Shown: one piece after another, positions 34,018-47,063 of the stretch | How positions within the stretch are numbered: position 1 is the first letter of the stretch | Layout: each line of letters starts with the position of its first letter | Origin: Balamuthia mandrillaris | Taxonomy: Eukaryota | Assembly (NCBI GenBank): GCA_031835245.2 | Contig: JAVKOQ020000076.1 | Location: 62,001 to 126,000, forward strand | Direction of reading: 5' to 3' | DNA length: 64,000 nt | Notes under the pieces: model-generated | The model's database searches: none | What the model was told of the DNA's origin: nothing | Seen by the model: the letters and a program-made list of their open reading frames with translations, nothing else | Position numbers and translations under genes: made by a program

Positions 34018-36441
34018 AGAAACCAATTTCAAGAGAACTTCTGGAGTTAATGTCCAACGAGCCTGTTAGATGAGGAAGAAGGATAAGATTCTGGTTGCAA
34101 GTAACAGAAAAATAAATGATGAGTAGAGAACGAACCGGTGCTCCAGCCAAAGGTTTCTCCTTTGTTGCAATCTCTTTTATTTTCATCTTTATCTGCCTCT
34201 TTGACACTTTGGGATGTCTGTTTAAAAACGAATAGGCTTAGGAAAAAAATATAATAGCGAGACAAGAGAACAAGGGGGAGAAGGAAGAGCAAGAGGAGAT
34301 GACATACAGTTCTTTGAATTGGGTCACAAGCTTTAGGATGTTGTTCACTTCGGCATTACTTTGCACAAAGGTAGCAAGAGATGGCAAGAGTTCCTCTGGA
34401 AAGCCCACCGCCGTTTCTTTGCTTTTCATAGTTTCATCTTTCTCCTTCTCTTTCGTCGCTTTCTTCTCTTTCTTTGCAGAAAGAACAGGAATTGGGACTT
34501 CGTTGCAAAGCAGTTGCACTTTAAAGTCTCGTAAAACGTTAAAAGAAGAGGACGAAGAGAGTTTCTCAAACTCTTTCTCGTCGGAACAAAAGAATGGACC
34601 AACGATGATAGGAACAAGTTTGGCAGGAGCAGCCGAAGAGGTAGACGTCGAAGATGCAGAAGAAGAAATGACAGCTTTCTCTTTTGACGTATCGCAGAAG
34701 ATTTCTTTGTGCTTATCGTCATCGTCGTCGAGGACGTCATCCTCATCAGGAGCAGCCTGGATGCCTTCATCCTCTGAGAGATATCCATCCGGGACCAACC
34801 AGCCATCGTTCTTTACCGTTAATGTTAGCACGAAATCAACGTGAAAGAAAAACAAGAAAGTGAAAATGAAACGAAGTCAAAGCACAGTAAAAAAACGATA
34901 CCTCTTCATCTTCATCTTCTTCATCGCTCTGTTCATCGTCCTCATCACCGATGAGCTCTCCCGGTTCTTCCTCCGCCCAGTCATCATCACTGTCATAGTC
35001 ATAGTCAAGAACGCCAGAGGGATCCTTTGCAAACGGTCTTCTTCCATTCTTCAAGCAATTCTGAGCTGGTTGTTTTCTCCAAGTTCCAAAGTAAGGAGGA
35101 CGATTGTTTTCGTAAAACTGAAGAAGCTTCATTCGTTTGTGTTGTTGATGGTGAACTGCTATCTCTTCTTTGCTTCTGTCGTTTCTTTCGTTGTCGAACA
35201 TCATAAGTTCTTCGTCGTCCTCTTGTTCTTTGTTTTGGGTTTGTTGTTTCTTTGTTGCTTCGATGCGAGCCTTCTTTCTCTCGCTTAACTCATTCATGAT
35301 TGTTTGAATGGAAACAACAGAAGCAGAAGACGAAGATGAAGATGAAACGGAGAAGAGATCATCCAACTTGGACGGACAGAATGTAGTTGGGCCATAAACT
35401 AACGGTCGAATGGGAGCACGGATGGTGTCTTTTGGTAAGTCAACTCCTGGAAAGAGCGGGAGCCTTGTCTCCTTCGTTGTTGTTCGTTTCACTGATTATA
35501 AAAAGGTGTGTGAGAAGAACGAAAAGAGAGAATGAAAGAAGATTGAGGTGAAATGAAGTAAATGGAAAGAAAGGAAACCTGGACTCGCAGTATGATTCTT
35601 TGTAGGAGAAGAGAGAAACGAAACAAGAATGTTCTTCTGCTTCTCCATTTTCTGTTTCTTCTCTTCCTCTATGCGCAATCTCTCTTCTTCCTTTTTCTTT
35701 CTCTCCTCCTCTTTCCTCTTCCTTTCCTCTTCTTTCTTTTTCTTCTCCTCTTCCTTTTTCTGTCGTTCCAACTCTCTTTGCTCCTCCGCTTTCTTCCTCT
35801 CCTCCTGTTTCAACTTTATCTCCTCCTCTTTGGCCTTCTTCCTCTCCTCTCGCTCCAAGAGGCGTTTTCGTTTCTCCTCCTCTTTCTTGGCGAGTGCCTC
35901 CTCCCTCTTCCTTCTTTCCTCTTCCCTTTGCCTCGCTTTCTCCTCTTTGGCTAGCTGCAGCTGCTGTTTCTTCGCCTCTTGCTCTGCTTTCTTGCGAGCT
36001 CTTTCTTCCAGCTGTTGTTGCTTCAGCAATTCCTGAAAATAAAGAAGAAAAATGAGAGTGAGAGAGAGAGAGAGAGAGAGAGGGAGGGAGGAGGAGGAAA
36101 GAAGAAGAACAAACTCTTTCTTCTTTGCTTAGCGAGACTCGTTTTCGTTTCTTTTCGGCGTTGCTTGAGGCTGCACCATCGGCAGGAAGAGGAGAGGCCA
36201 CGGGAAGTGCTTCGCCCCTCTGCTCAAGCGGAACGATCTTATGCTGTGTGGAACCACTGGTTTCTCCTTCTTTTTTCGTCTTCCTGTGTTTTTTCCTTGG
36301 CGGGAGCCTATTTTCTTTGTCTTCTTCTTCTTCTTCGTCTTCTGCTCTGCTTTCTTCCGCTCCTTCCTCCGGTGGTTCCACTCTATCTCTGATCTCTTGC
36401 GAGGAAATCAAAAGGGGATCATCTTCGATGGGTTCTTCCAT
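33564..36441 (-). CDS. CHAF1A: Chromatin assembly factor 1 large subunit (p150/Cac1/FAS1), multi-exon
   Basis: KER helix, PIP-like QKNILVSFL, KLLQFYENNRPPYFGTW, LDYDYDSDDDW, DGWLVPDGYLSEDEG. Confidence 0.93.
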
Positions 36442-36824
36442 GATGGCTTCCTACTTTTTTTTTCAGCTTTTCTTCTTCGGCTCTCTCCTTCCTCCGCTAC
36501 AGCACTAAAGGGGGAGGGACAGTTTTTATAAAAAATGGCGGGAAAAACAAGTACCACGACGACATGGAAATATGTCTACATGAAATATGTCGGCATTACT
36601 CTCGTGAGTGGATAGTTGGCATTCCAATCCTGCTTTGCATGTCTTTCGTGCTTTCCATTCCGAAGAAAGAAAAAAGAAAAGTGAGCGAATTTCAGTGTCA
36701 CATAAGAAGGAAACAACATGAAAGGGTCCTCCCCATCTCCATCTCCCTTCCGCGCCACCCCCTTTTCTTTCTTTTTTTATTCTCTTCAACACAAGTGTTT
36801 GACAGACCGTAAAAGTTTTTTACC

Positions 36825-38580
36825 ATGAAGTCCTTTCACACGGTGAAAGTGGAAGAGCTCAAAAAATACTTGCTGCCCCTTCGACTCTCGAACGCCTCCG
36901 AGGATGCGCGCCGCTCCGCTTACGACCCCCTCTTTGCCGCCATCGGCGACTGTCCCGTGGTCATGATAGGGGAGGCCAGCCACGGCACCAAAGAGTTCTA
37001 CCACGAGCGGGCCGAGCTGACCAAGCGCCTCATCCAGGAGAAGGGCTTCCGCAGCGTGGTCGTCGAGGCGGACTGGCCGGACGCCTACCGAGCCAACAAG
37101 TGGTGCGCCGCTTTGGGCGGGGAGGAGCCAAGCGGCAGCAGACGAGGGAGCAAGGACAAAACGGCGGAGGAGTCGCTGCGAGCCTTTGCGAGGTTCCCCT
37201 CCTGGATGTGGAGGAACACGGAGATGGTGGAGTTCTTGGAGTGGCTGAGGCAGCACAACGCTGCCGTGGAGGATCCGCTTGATAAGGTTTTTACCTTTGG
37301 TCTCTTTTTTTTTTTAATTATTTGGTTGTTTTTGTTTAACTTATTCGTTCCTCGTTAACTGCGTTCTTTCTTGTGTTTTCAAAAAAAAAAACCAACACAC
37401 GCAAAAGGTTGGCCTCTACGGAATGGACATGTATTCGCTCGTTACATCGGCTCATGAGGTCCTCCGATTCCTCGATAAGACGGACAGCAAGGCAGCACTA
37501 GAGGCTCGCAATCTCTACAGCTGTTTCATGCAGTACGGAGAGGACACTCGCTCCTATGGCAGAGCGGCGGCCGCTGGGCTTTCGAAGGGATGCCGGCAGA
37601 ACTGCCTCAAGGTTTTGATGGACTTGAAGAGCAAGAGCGACGAGTATCTTGCTCGTGATGGATTCGCTGCCGAAGACGAACTGTTCTATGCTACAACAGT
37701 ACGTTCTCCTTTCTCCTGTTTCCTGCATTCTTTTGTTTCTTCTCCCATTTCGGACTAATGAAACCAAACCAAAAAGAATGCAGAGGTCGTCAAAGGGGCA
37801 GAGTCCTACTACCGCAACATGATGAAGGGTGGTCCCAACTCTTGGAACCTACGCGACTCCCACATGGTCAACACCATCCTCAACCTCCATAAGCACCGCA
37901 GCAGACACAACCGCCAAAGCAAGTTGATTGTTTGGGCTCATAACAGCCATTTAGGAGACGCGCGTGCCACTTCCATGGGCCAACAAAGAGGCAAACATAA
38001 TGTAGGCCAGCTGTTGCGTGAACGCTTGGGCATGGAGAACACATTCAACATCGGCCTGACCACAAACACGGGAACCGTCACGGCTGCCTCTTCATGGAAC
38101 GGTCCTTGGAAGATGAAAAAAGTGAACCCTGGAAGAGCGGACAGTTATGAGGGCCTCTTCCATTGCATAGCCGAGGAGACCAAGGAGCCCAACTTCATGT
38201 TTGTATTCAACGAGGTGGTGCCACCCTCTGCAGAGCCAGGGCAGAGCGCCCTGATGTCGTGCTGCGTGCAAGGCAAGCACAGAAGGAAGCAGGCCATCTG
38301 CCAGGAGTTGAACCAGTATTTGGGCGTTCCCATGATGGAAAGATACATCGGGGTCATCTACCGCCCAGAGTCGGAGCTCGCTTCGCACTACGCGAGGTCC
38401 ATCCTGTCGGCGCAGTACGATGCTGTCATCCATCTGGACGAGACCAGCGCGCTGCCTCCGCGCTGGACAGAGAGTCGCACCATCCCGGCTGGGAGGAAGA
38501 AAATATCCCCGAGACCTATCCGATTGGCGAATAAATCCACCGAACATCAAGTCGGAATTTTCTTTGTAAGGAAAAATTAA
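36825..38580 (+). CDS. Erythromycin esterase (EreA/B-like) family protein, two introns, apparent 3' frameshift
   Basis: IGEASHGTKEFY, VEADWPDA, RFPSWMWRN, YGMDMYSL, WNLRDSHM, VWAHNSHLGDARAT, ERYIGVIYRP, QYDAVIHLDET. Confidence 0.9.
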
Positions 38581-38780
38581 TTAATTGAGGTGATCTGATT
38601 TTTCCCATAACCATCCGGTATACCGCGAGAGATCCCCCAGAGATCAACGAAACTCGGCGGAATCCTCTGCGAAATTTAGGGCATCATCATTGATTGTGAC
38701 ATAAAAAGCAATTTTATTTTTATTTGGCTCAACACTTCAATTTTGTCCACACACACTCACACACACACCCATCGCTCATC

Positions 38781-39824
38781 ATGTCCATGTGGAAACAAGG
38801 CTCCGCCAAGCTGGCCGCGCTTCCTGCGCAGCGTTCCTTGGCCGCTGCCACGCTGGCCGCAACCAAACGCCTTCCCTCGGCCTCTGCTTCCTCGCTTTTG
38901 TGGTCGACCCGCCCTTACTCCTCGGCGAACGGCTCGCTGCTCTTCTCTTCCTCTTCCTCCTCTTCTTTCTCCTTCAGACGGCTTGCTCCTCCCTCGCGCG
39001 CCTCCACCTCCTTCCTCTCGGCCGCCTCACTCCCGCTGCACCACCACTACTCCACAAGCTCCCAAGGCAAATCCGAGAAGCCTCACTCCCGCCCCTCCAT
39101 CGACACGGGCGACAACTACACCCTCCCCCACCCCATTTGGGACGAGGAGTACCTCCGCGCCGTGGAGATCACCCACAAGGAGCCCGAGTGCCTCACCGAC
39201 AGGCTGGCCCTCTGGACCATCCGCCTCATGCGCTTCAACTTTGACTGGATGTCCGGCTACAGCTGGGGCACCCTCACCGAGAGCAAGTACCTCACCCGAG
39301 TGATCTTCCTGGAGACGGTGGCGGGAGTGCCGGGCATGGTCGGCGCCGCCCTGCGCCACCTCAACTCCCTGAGGAGGATGCAGAGGGACCACGGCTGGAT
39401 CCACACCCTCCTGGAGGAGGCCGAGAACGAGAGGATGCACCTCCTCACCTTCCTCAAGATGAAGCAACCGGGCTGGGCCTTTCGTGGGGTGGTCCTCCTG
39501 GCGCAGGGCGTCTTCTGGAACTACTACTTCCTGTCCTACCTGGTCTCCCCCAAGTACTGCCATCGCATGGTGGGCTACCTCGAGGAGGAGGCCGTCAAGA
39601 CCTACACCAAGCTGCTGAAGGACCTGGACGGTGGCCTCTTGCCCAAGTGGAAGGACGAGCCCGCCCCGGAGATCGCCAAGGACTACTGGAAGCTGGCCAA
39701 GGACGCCAAGGTGCGGGACGTCTTTGCGGTGATCCGCGCGGATGAGGCGCACCACCGCCTGGTCAACCACGAGTTTGCTTCGATGAAGCCGACCGACCCT
39801 AACCCCCATCCTCCTGGCTTCTAA
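38781..39824 (+). CDS. AOX: Mitochondrial alternative oxidase, intronless
   Basis: LETVAGVPGMV, EAENERMHL, GYLEEEAV, IRADEAHH; Ser/Arg-rich presequence. Confidence 0.97.
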   Translation: MSMWKQGSAKLAALPAQRSLAAATLAATKRLPSASASSLLWSTRPYSSANGSLLFSSSSSSSFSFRRLAPPSRASTSFLSAASLPLHHHYSTSSQGKSEKPHSRPSIDTGDNYTLPHPIWDEEYLRAVEITHKEPECLTDRLALWTIRLMRFNFDWMSGYSWGTLTESKYLTRVIFLETVAGVPGMVGAALRHLNSLRRMQRDHGWIHTLLEEAENERMHLLTFLKMKQPGWAFRGVVLLAQGVFWNYYFLSYLVSPKYCHRMVGYLEEEAVKTYTKLLKDLDGGLLPKWKDEPAPEIAKDYWKLAKDAKVRDVFAVIRADEAHHRLVNHEFASMKPTDPNPHPPGF

Positions 39825-39911
39825 ACTTAACAGTTTTGTTTTTTTGTTCACCGCTTAAACTGTATTTTTCTTGTTCTTCTTGTTCTTCTTCTTCTGCTTC
39901 GTTTTTCTTCC

Positions 39912-39947
<36 letters not shown>

Positions 39948-40003
39948 CAAACAATGCACCAAAAGAGTGAGGATAAAACGAGATACCACGGTTGGATATC
40001 CGT

Positions 40004-40745
40004 TTATTCAGCTGATCCCTCAGGCAAAGGCAGCTCTCCGCTGTCCACGATGACGATCTTGGCAGAGGGAGTGCCGCCCTGGCTTCCCTTGGACTCGATC
40101 TTGGTGACCACGTCCATGCCCTCCACCACCTCACCAAACACAACGTGTCTGCCGTCCAACCAGGAGGTCACCGTCGTGGTGATGAAGAACTGAGATCCGT
40201 TGGCTGTGTTTTTTTTTGTTTTTGTTTAAGCGTTCGAGTAGATGAGAGGAGAAAGAAGCAAAAGATGAGAAGAAAAAAAACGTACTGTTAGGGCCAGCGT
40301 TGGCCATGGAGAGCAAGCCAGGCTTGGTGTGCTTCAGCTTAAAGTTCTCGTCCTCAAACTTGTTGCCATAGATGGACTCGCCGCCGCGGCCGTTGCCGTG
40401 GGTAAAGTCGCCGCCTTGGATCATAAAGTTGGGGATGACGCGGTGGAAGGCGCTGCCCTTGTAGTGCAATGGCTTGCCTTGAGTGCCGGTGCCCTTTTCA
40501 CCTGTTGTTGTTGTCGTTGTTTTTGCGTTGGTTTGATGTGGAGCGATGGGAGGAAGGAGGAGGAGAAAAAAAAAAAGGACAAACCAGTGCAGAGAGCTCT
40601 GAAGTTTTCGACGGTCTTGGGAACGGTACCACCGTACAAGCCCATCACGATGCGACCAGCGGCCACACCGTCGATTTCTGATTTTAATTTTATTATTTTT
40701 GACAGTTCGATGTGAGCGTTGAACTTTTAAACAGACTTTAGAACG

Positions 40746-40787
<42 letters not shown>

Positions 40788-41092
40788 ACCGATATCAAAG
40801 TACACATGATTCGTGATCTTTGGTCCTTTCTGTTGGTCGTTTGGTTAAAAATCTCCTCGCCATAGGGTGGGCCAATACATATTTTTATGTCTTTGAGAAA
40901 AAAAAAACCGCTCACCTTGGCCTGAGAGTAGACAGCGATGCCGACCACGCAAAGGGTCAAAACCACAGCCAACGAGACGTACTTCATCGTGTTGCTCTTG
41001 TTGCTCTTGCTCTTCTTGCCCTGGTTGGGGTTCACTTTCGGTGCGGCAGAAGGCGCGTTGGTTGCTGCTACCCTTTTTTTGGTTTGTTGCAT
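40004..41092 (-). CDS. Cyclophilin-type PPIase with signal/anchor sequence (cyclophilin B-like), multi-exon
   Basis: [46 protein letters not shown]; hydrophobic N-terminal segment. Confidence 0.95.
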
Positions 41093-41314
41093 TTTTGTTT
41101 GTAGAGAGAGAGAAAACAAAAAAAAAAATGACGTGGCACCAATCATCGATTCGCTTTGAATTTTTCTGGTTTTCATTTCTCCAATAGGAAATCAGATTAA
41201 TTAATGTCGACTATAAAGAATCGAATGTCCTGATCGGCTGGTGCGCACTGTAGCGGTGCGAGAAGGAGAGGAGAGCATGGAGAGAGGAGGCAAAGCGCGT
41301 GGTTTTGGTTTTGT

Positions 41315-42928
41315 TCAAAGTTTGGCGCTCTGGCGTTGGTGTTTGATTCTGGCAGGCCCGCCGATGTTGTGGCTGGGCACCTCCGTGATACGTGGAGGCT
41401 CCACGTTGGGATCGCAGCGATAGTGACTAAAGTCGGTCACACCACGACTTCGGAGATAGTCCTGACATTTTTTAAATTTGTTACAAAAAAATAAAGCGAA
41501 GAAAAAGAAGAAGAAGAAGAACAAGAAGAAGAAAAAGAAGATCTGTTTTACCTCATCGATCAAAGCTTGCCCGGTAAACTCGTTGGGATTCTCTTGCACG
41601 ATGCGCAGCACACAATCTGACAGGATGTCCGCTTTTCTCCATTGCGCCTTGTCACCCAACGCAAAGTTGATGGTGGCGTAGCTCTCTATCATGGTGGCTG
41701 GCCAAAGCGCGTTGATGGCCACGCCCTTGCCACGCACCTCCTCAGCGAGACCGTGAGCGATAAGCGTCATGCCGAACTTGCTGATGCAGTAGGCCACTTT
41801 GCCTTTGATCCAATCCAGATTGATGGGAGGAGACATTGTCTATTTTGTTTCAACAATGTTTGAAATGAAGAAAGGGCGATAGTGAGGAAAAGAAAGAATG
41901 CACACAAAGAAAGCAGCAATTAAAAGCACGAAAGATAAATGACAGAGGAAAGAAGAAAGCCACAGCGAATAAAAGACGAAACAAAAAATGTAATGTACTT
42001 ACAATCATATGTCCAAAGCCTTGCTTGAGCATGTGTGGCAACACAGCCCTGCAAAACATAAAAGTGGCACGAGCGTTGACGGAGTGGACGAGGTCATACC
42101 GCTTTGGGGGCGTGTCCAAAACGTCCTTCCACCACAGCGCGCCTGCATTGCAGATCAGATAGTCCACTCTGAAGTTTTCATTTCATTGACGTAAGTATTG
42201 TATTCGTTGAACAACAAAATATAAAGAAGGGCCCACCCCCATGGCCGAGTGGTCTACCATTTGGTCATAGCCTGCCAGAAAGGGGAAGGCCGCGTGTTCG
42301 ACTCCAAGGAGCCGCACTTAGTGGTCGACGAAAAATTTCAACAAGCCTGGCCTTGGCCTCACCCGGCGAGCCAAGAAAAATACACTGCCGAGAACATGGT
42401 GGCGATTTCTAGCAACCTTTGTGTCTCCCAAAGTGCTCTGTCCACTGCGGCAGTGGGACAAGTAAGAGGTGCCGTTTGTATGTATGTACCTACGAGGTTG
42501 AGCGGTTTCAACCCACTAGATAGCCAATAAACAATTCCTTAAAAAAAAAAAAAAAAAAAAATAAAGAACAAAAAAAAATACAAAACAAAAAAAAAGAAAA
42601 AAGAGAAAAGAAAAATAAAGAGAAAAAAAAGAGAAAAAACTAAAAATAAAAAAAAATAAAAACAAAATAAAAACAAAATAAAATAAAACAAAAATAAAAT
42701 AAAATACACTGAAATAAAATAAAAACGAAATAAAAACAAAAATAAAATAACAGAAAGAACCTGCCAAAGGTTTTGATGGTGGCTTCGACGGCCCTTTCAA
42801 TGTCTTCGTCGATCCTCACGTCGCACTTGAGCGGCAGCGCTTTGCCACCCAACGCTTCCACCTTTGTCCAGAAAAACACGTAAATACATGTTGAAAGTCA
42901 TTTTTTTTGTGAAGAGGAACTAGAACAC

Positions 42929-42959
<31 letters not shown>

Positions 42960-43213
42960 CGCACGCACGCACAAACCTCTTTGGCTACCGTGTAAATTGT
43001 GCCTGGAAGATTGGGCGTCTCTTTGTCACTTTTCGCAACGACCACCACGCTGGCACCTTTGTTTTTTTTCAGGTCATCATTTTTTTTTAAAAGAAAAAAA
43101 AGAACAGCTACAAATCACTCTTCACCTTCTTTGGCAAAGTCAAGGGCGATAACGCGGCCGATGCCTCGGCTTGCGCCGGTAATCAGGGCTACCCTTCCAT
43201 CAAACTTTCCCAT
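41315..43213 (-). CDS. Short-chain dehydrogenase/reductase, HSDL2-like, multi-exon
   Basis: ITGASRGIG, PNLPGTIYTVA, NAGA, SPP, YCISKFGM, NALWP. Confidence 0.92.
42229..42750 (+). mobile_element. tRNA-derived SINE-like retroposon in an SDR intron (antisense to the host gene)
   Basis: A box TGGCCGAGTGG 42242-42252, B box GTTCGACTCC 42296-42305, ~220-nt body, AATAAA 42526-42531 and a ~210-nt A-rich tail. The host intron 42169-42760 is several times longer than its neighbours. Confidence 0.75.
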
Positions 43214-43430
43214 TTCTTTTTCTTTCTATCTTTTCGTGTCGACATTTTCGTGTCGACATTATTTCTTTTGAGCAGCAAATGTGCAGCAAGCCATTCCTCA
43301 AATGCCATACATTCCAACATTGTCCACAAAAATAAAGTAACCTATCTTAAATTCTTAACGTTCCAAACATTTCAAACATTCCAAACATAGAAAGGAAAAA
43401 GCGAAGAGAAGAGAAGAGAAGCCACAAAAG

Positions 43431-43898
43431 ATGAACTTTTGCTGTGAGTGGTAAGCCTTGTTTCATCCCTTTGGTGCGTTGCTTTGTTTTTGAGAAACCT
43501 TTTAAAATCGTTTTTTTTTGGGGGGTGTCATGAAGTGCAAATATGTTGTACCCAAAGGAGGACAAGGCGAACAAAGTCCTCCTCTACGCTTGCCGCAACT
43601 GCGACCATCAGGAAGCTGCCGAAATGAACTGTGTTTACCGGAACGAGATCAGACGCAATGAAGTGTAAGTCGAGTCGAGCCCTCTCTCTCCCTCTTTCTC
43701 TTTCCCTCGCGTTCATTTGTGTTCTTGCCATCTCTTCTCTCCTTTTGTCTCTTTTTCTCTCATATCTCTTCACTTCTGATGCCGCTGTTCTCCTGTTACC
43801 TCGTAATCTGTTTCTCATCTTTTTTTGTTGTGTTTCCACACTTTGTTCTTTCTTTGTCTCTTTATTGTTGTTCTTGCTCTCCATTCCCTTGTTTCTTT

Positions 43899-43935
<37 letters not shown>

Positions 43936-44018
43936 CTCTTCTCTCTTCTCTTCTCTCTTCTTTCTCTATTCCTTGTTTCTTTTCTTTCTCTCATTCTCTT
44001 CTTTCTTTCTCCTTCTGT

Positions 44019-44058
<40 letters not shown>

Positions 44059-44404
44059 TCTCTCTCTCTCTTCTTTCTCTATTCCCTTGTTTCTTTTCTT
44101 TCTCTCACCGTCTTCTTTCTTTCTCTCTGTCTCTTCTCTCTTCTTTCTTTATCCCATTCCTTTTATCCCTCCTGCTTCTTTCCCTGCCTCTCATCACAAA
44201 CGAACAAACAACAGTGAACGAACAAAACTATCACATGATGTGACGGCAGACCCAACGCTTCCCCGTACGCGCAGCACCAAGTGTGCCGTTTGTGGCGGAC
44301 GAGAGGCCGTCTTCTTTCAGGCCAACACAGGAGATAAGGACGAAGCCCTTGCCCTTTACTTTGTTTGCTGTGATGAGAACTGTGGCCATCGTTGGAGAGA
44401 ATAG
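43431..44404 (+). CDS. RPB9: RNA polymerase II subunit RPB9, three exons
   Basis: [59 protein letters not shown]. Confidence 0.96.
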
Positions 44405-44520
44405 TCCTCACTTAACCATTATATATTCTCCCTCTCATCCTTCATAACATGTAACTAAAACTCTTTTTCTTTGGAACGCCAAACGACGGGCTGTTTAACT
44501 CTTACGGGTGACGTGTGAGC

Positions 44521-44559
<39 letters not shown>

Positions 44560-45005
44560 AGAGAGAAGAAAAGATACAGACAAGAGAAGAGAGCAGAGCA
44601 ATGCAATGCAATGGAAGAAGAGAAGAGAAAGAAGAGAGGAGGCTGAGTTCGCCCGGAGAGATGGCAAACGTTACAACCTGCGCAGGTCGCAATACCGTTG
44701 ATGGGCGCGTGGCCATACCCCCGCTGCTCCGAGGGGAGTTAACGGTTTATTTATTAAAAAAAAAAAAAAGGTTTCCCTTGCGTTTTTTAATGTACCCTGG
44801 CTCCCAGCTGGTATGGTCTTCCTCTTTCCTCCTCCTAGGAGATTTTAGGCTCTATAGCGGTCCTATATCACTTTGTGAGTTTCCCACTTTTTCTTTTTTC
44901 TTCTCATCTCTCTTTGTTCCGTTCCGCTCCTGCGCTGAACGCACGCACACACACAGGAGTGAGCAACCAACAACAACAAAAACAAACAAACAAACAAACA
45001 ACGCG

Positions 45006-46226
45006 ATGAGCCTCGCCGTGCATTGGGGGTGGTGGCTGGCGGTGTCGGCGTTGGCAGCGGTGGCGGTGTACCTGGTGAGGGACGTGCGTTACCGCAAGGG
45101 CAGGCAAACGCTGCCGGGACCGGCCCCGCTGCCGCTCTTTGGCAACGTGCTCCTGGCCTCCAAGCACTGGCGAAGAAGGCATTGGTTCTTTCTTGAGCTA
45201 TCGGTTCGTTCTTCTCTTTGATGTTTTTGCTTTTGGTAGGTCCCCCCGCTCCAACCCTTACCTTTTTCTTTTTCTTGAAGAAAAAATATGGAGCGTTCAA
45301 CCTGTGGTTCTTCAAACATCGGATGATCATCATCACTGAGCCGGACCTGGTGGACTATGTGCTCAACCGCAACTTCAAGAACTATGTACGTTGTGGGTTT
45401 TCTCTTTTTCGTATTTACTCCCCTTGTTCTTGTTCTTGTTCTTGTTCTTGTTCTTGTTCTTCTTCTTGTTCTTCTTGTTCTTGTTCTTCTTCTTGTTCTT
45501 CTTGTTCTTGTTCTTCTTCTTGTTCTTCTTCTAGTTCTTCTTCTTCTTCTTCTTCTTCTTCTTCTTCTTCTTCTTCTTCTTCTTCTTCTTCTTCTTCTTC
45601 TTCATTCGTTATGGTTGCGTTCTTCTCCTACCCACCACTCGTTCTTGTTTCTCCTTTGCTCTGACAGGAAAGAGGAGACCGTCGCAGAGCCAACTTCAAA
45701 GAACTTCTTGGTGATGGGTTCGTTTAACACAAAAACCAACGAGAATAAGAAGAACGAGAGAGAGAGAGAGAGAAAAAAAGAGAGAGAGAGAGAGTTTAAG
45801 TTTCAATTGCACGTTATTGGTTCTGATGTATCGCTTCATTGCAGGATATTTACTGCGGATGGCCGAGAGTGGATGTTGCATCGCAAACTGGCCAAGCCAC
45901 TGTTTCGCTCTGCTTTCATCGCTCAAGGCATGGTTCCTGTCTTCCACAAACACATTCACCACGTCCTAGCTGCTGTTGGAGAAGCAGCTAATGCCGGAAC
46001 TCCTCTTGATATCTTCAAGGTTTAAACTCTATGCCTTCTTCTTTCTTCACTCTTACTTCTTGTTCCTCCGTGGTGCATGTTGTCCTTATCCTACATGATC
46101 TCCAGCTATTCATGAGCTTCACAATGGCTACTTTTCTGGAGCTTGGACTTGGTTGCAAGGAAGGAAGCCTCTCTGAGAGACAACGAATGAAGTTTCAAAA
46201 TTGTTTTGACCTAGCTCAAGTACAAT

Positions 46227-46266
<40 letters not shown>

Positions 46267-47018
46267 CTCGCTCTCTTTCTCTCTTTCTCGTTCTCTCTCG
46301 TTCTATCCTTGTTCTTCTCGTATTCTCTCTTCCGTTTCATATGTCCTGAAGGTACTGTAACGCTACAGGAAGAGTTTGTGCGAAGAATATTTAGCCCTTT
46401 GTCCGCACCTATTGCAACCAGAAACATCAATAGATACGTGAAGTACTTGGACAAGCATGTATACCGCATCATCAACGAAAGAAAGAAGGAGAGCTTGGAG
46501 GAGTTACAAGGAAAGCATGACATTTTCTCACAATTTTTGGCGTTGACGGATGATAACGGACAACCTTTATCAGGTTTTCTACTTGCTCTGCTTTGTGTTT
46601 ATGTTCTTCTTCTTCATTCTTCATGTTCTTCTTCATTCTTCTTGTTCCTCTTCTTGTTCTTCTTCTTGTTCTTGTTCTTCTTCTTGTGCTTCTTCTTCTT
46701 CTTCTTCTCCTTCTCCTTCTCACGCCACCTTTTCTCCTCTTCTGTCTCTCTCTACTCTACTCGCCTGAAATGCAGACAAATACTTGAGGGATGTTTTCTT
46801 AAACTTTCTGCTAGCTGGCCGAGACACCACTGCGACGGTATGTAGTGCAATATCTTGGTTTTCAACAATTCCTCCATCTTGTAAAATAACTCCAATCTTT
46901 TGTCCTTTCAAGGCTTTAACCTGGACGTTCTACAACCTCTCTCTCAACCCAGAAGTAGAGGCAAAGGTAAACCTCTCTAATCCTATGCCCCTATCCCTTT
47001 TGTTTGATGCTTCCCTTC

Positions 47019-47063
<45 letters not shown>

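Noticed and set aside
39027..39851. 274-aa antisense ORF over AOX (similar cases at 12442-13470 and 29121-29873)
   Set aside because: Shadow ORFs expected from GC-rich codon usage on the coding strand; no recognisable motifs.
42229..42320. Intact tRNA gene
   Set aside because: A and B boxes are present but I could not form acceptor or T stems, and no oligo-T terminator follows; SINE head fits better.
43631..44243. Hydrophobic Leu/Ser/Phe ORFs
   Set aside because: Pyrimidine-rich RPB9 intron with (CT)n and short internal duplications.
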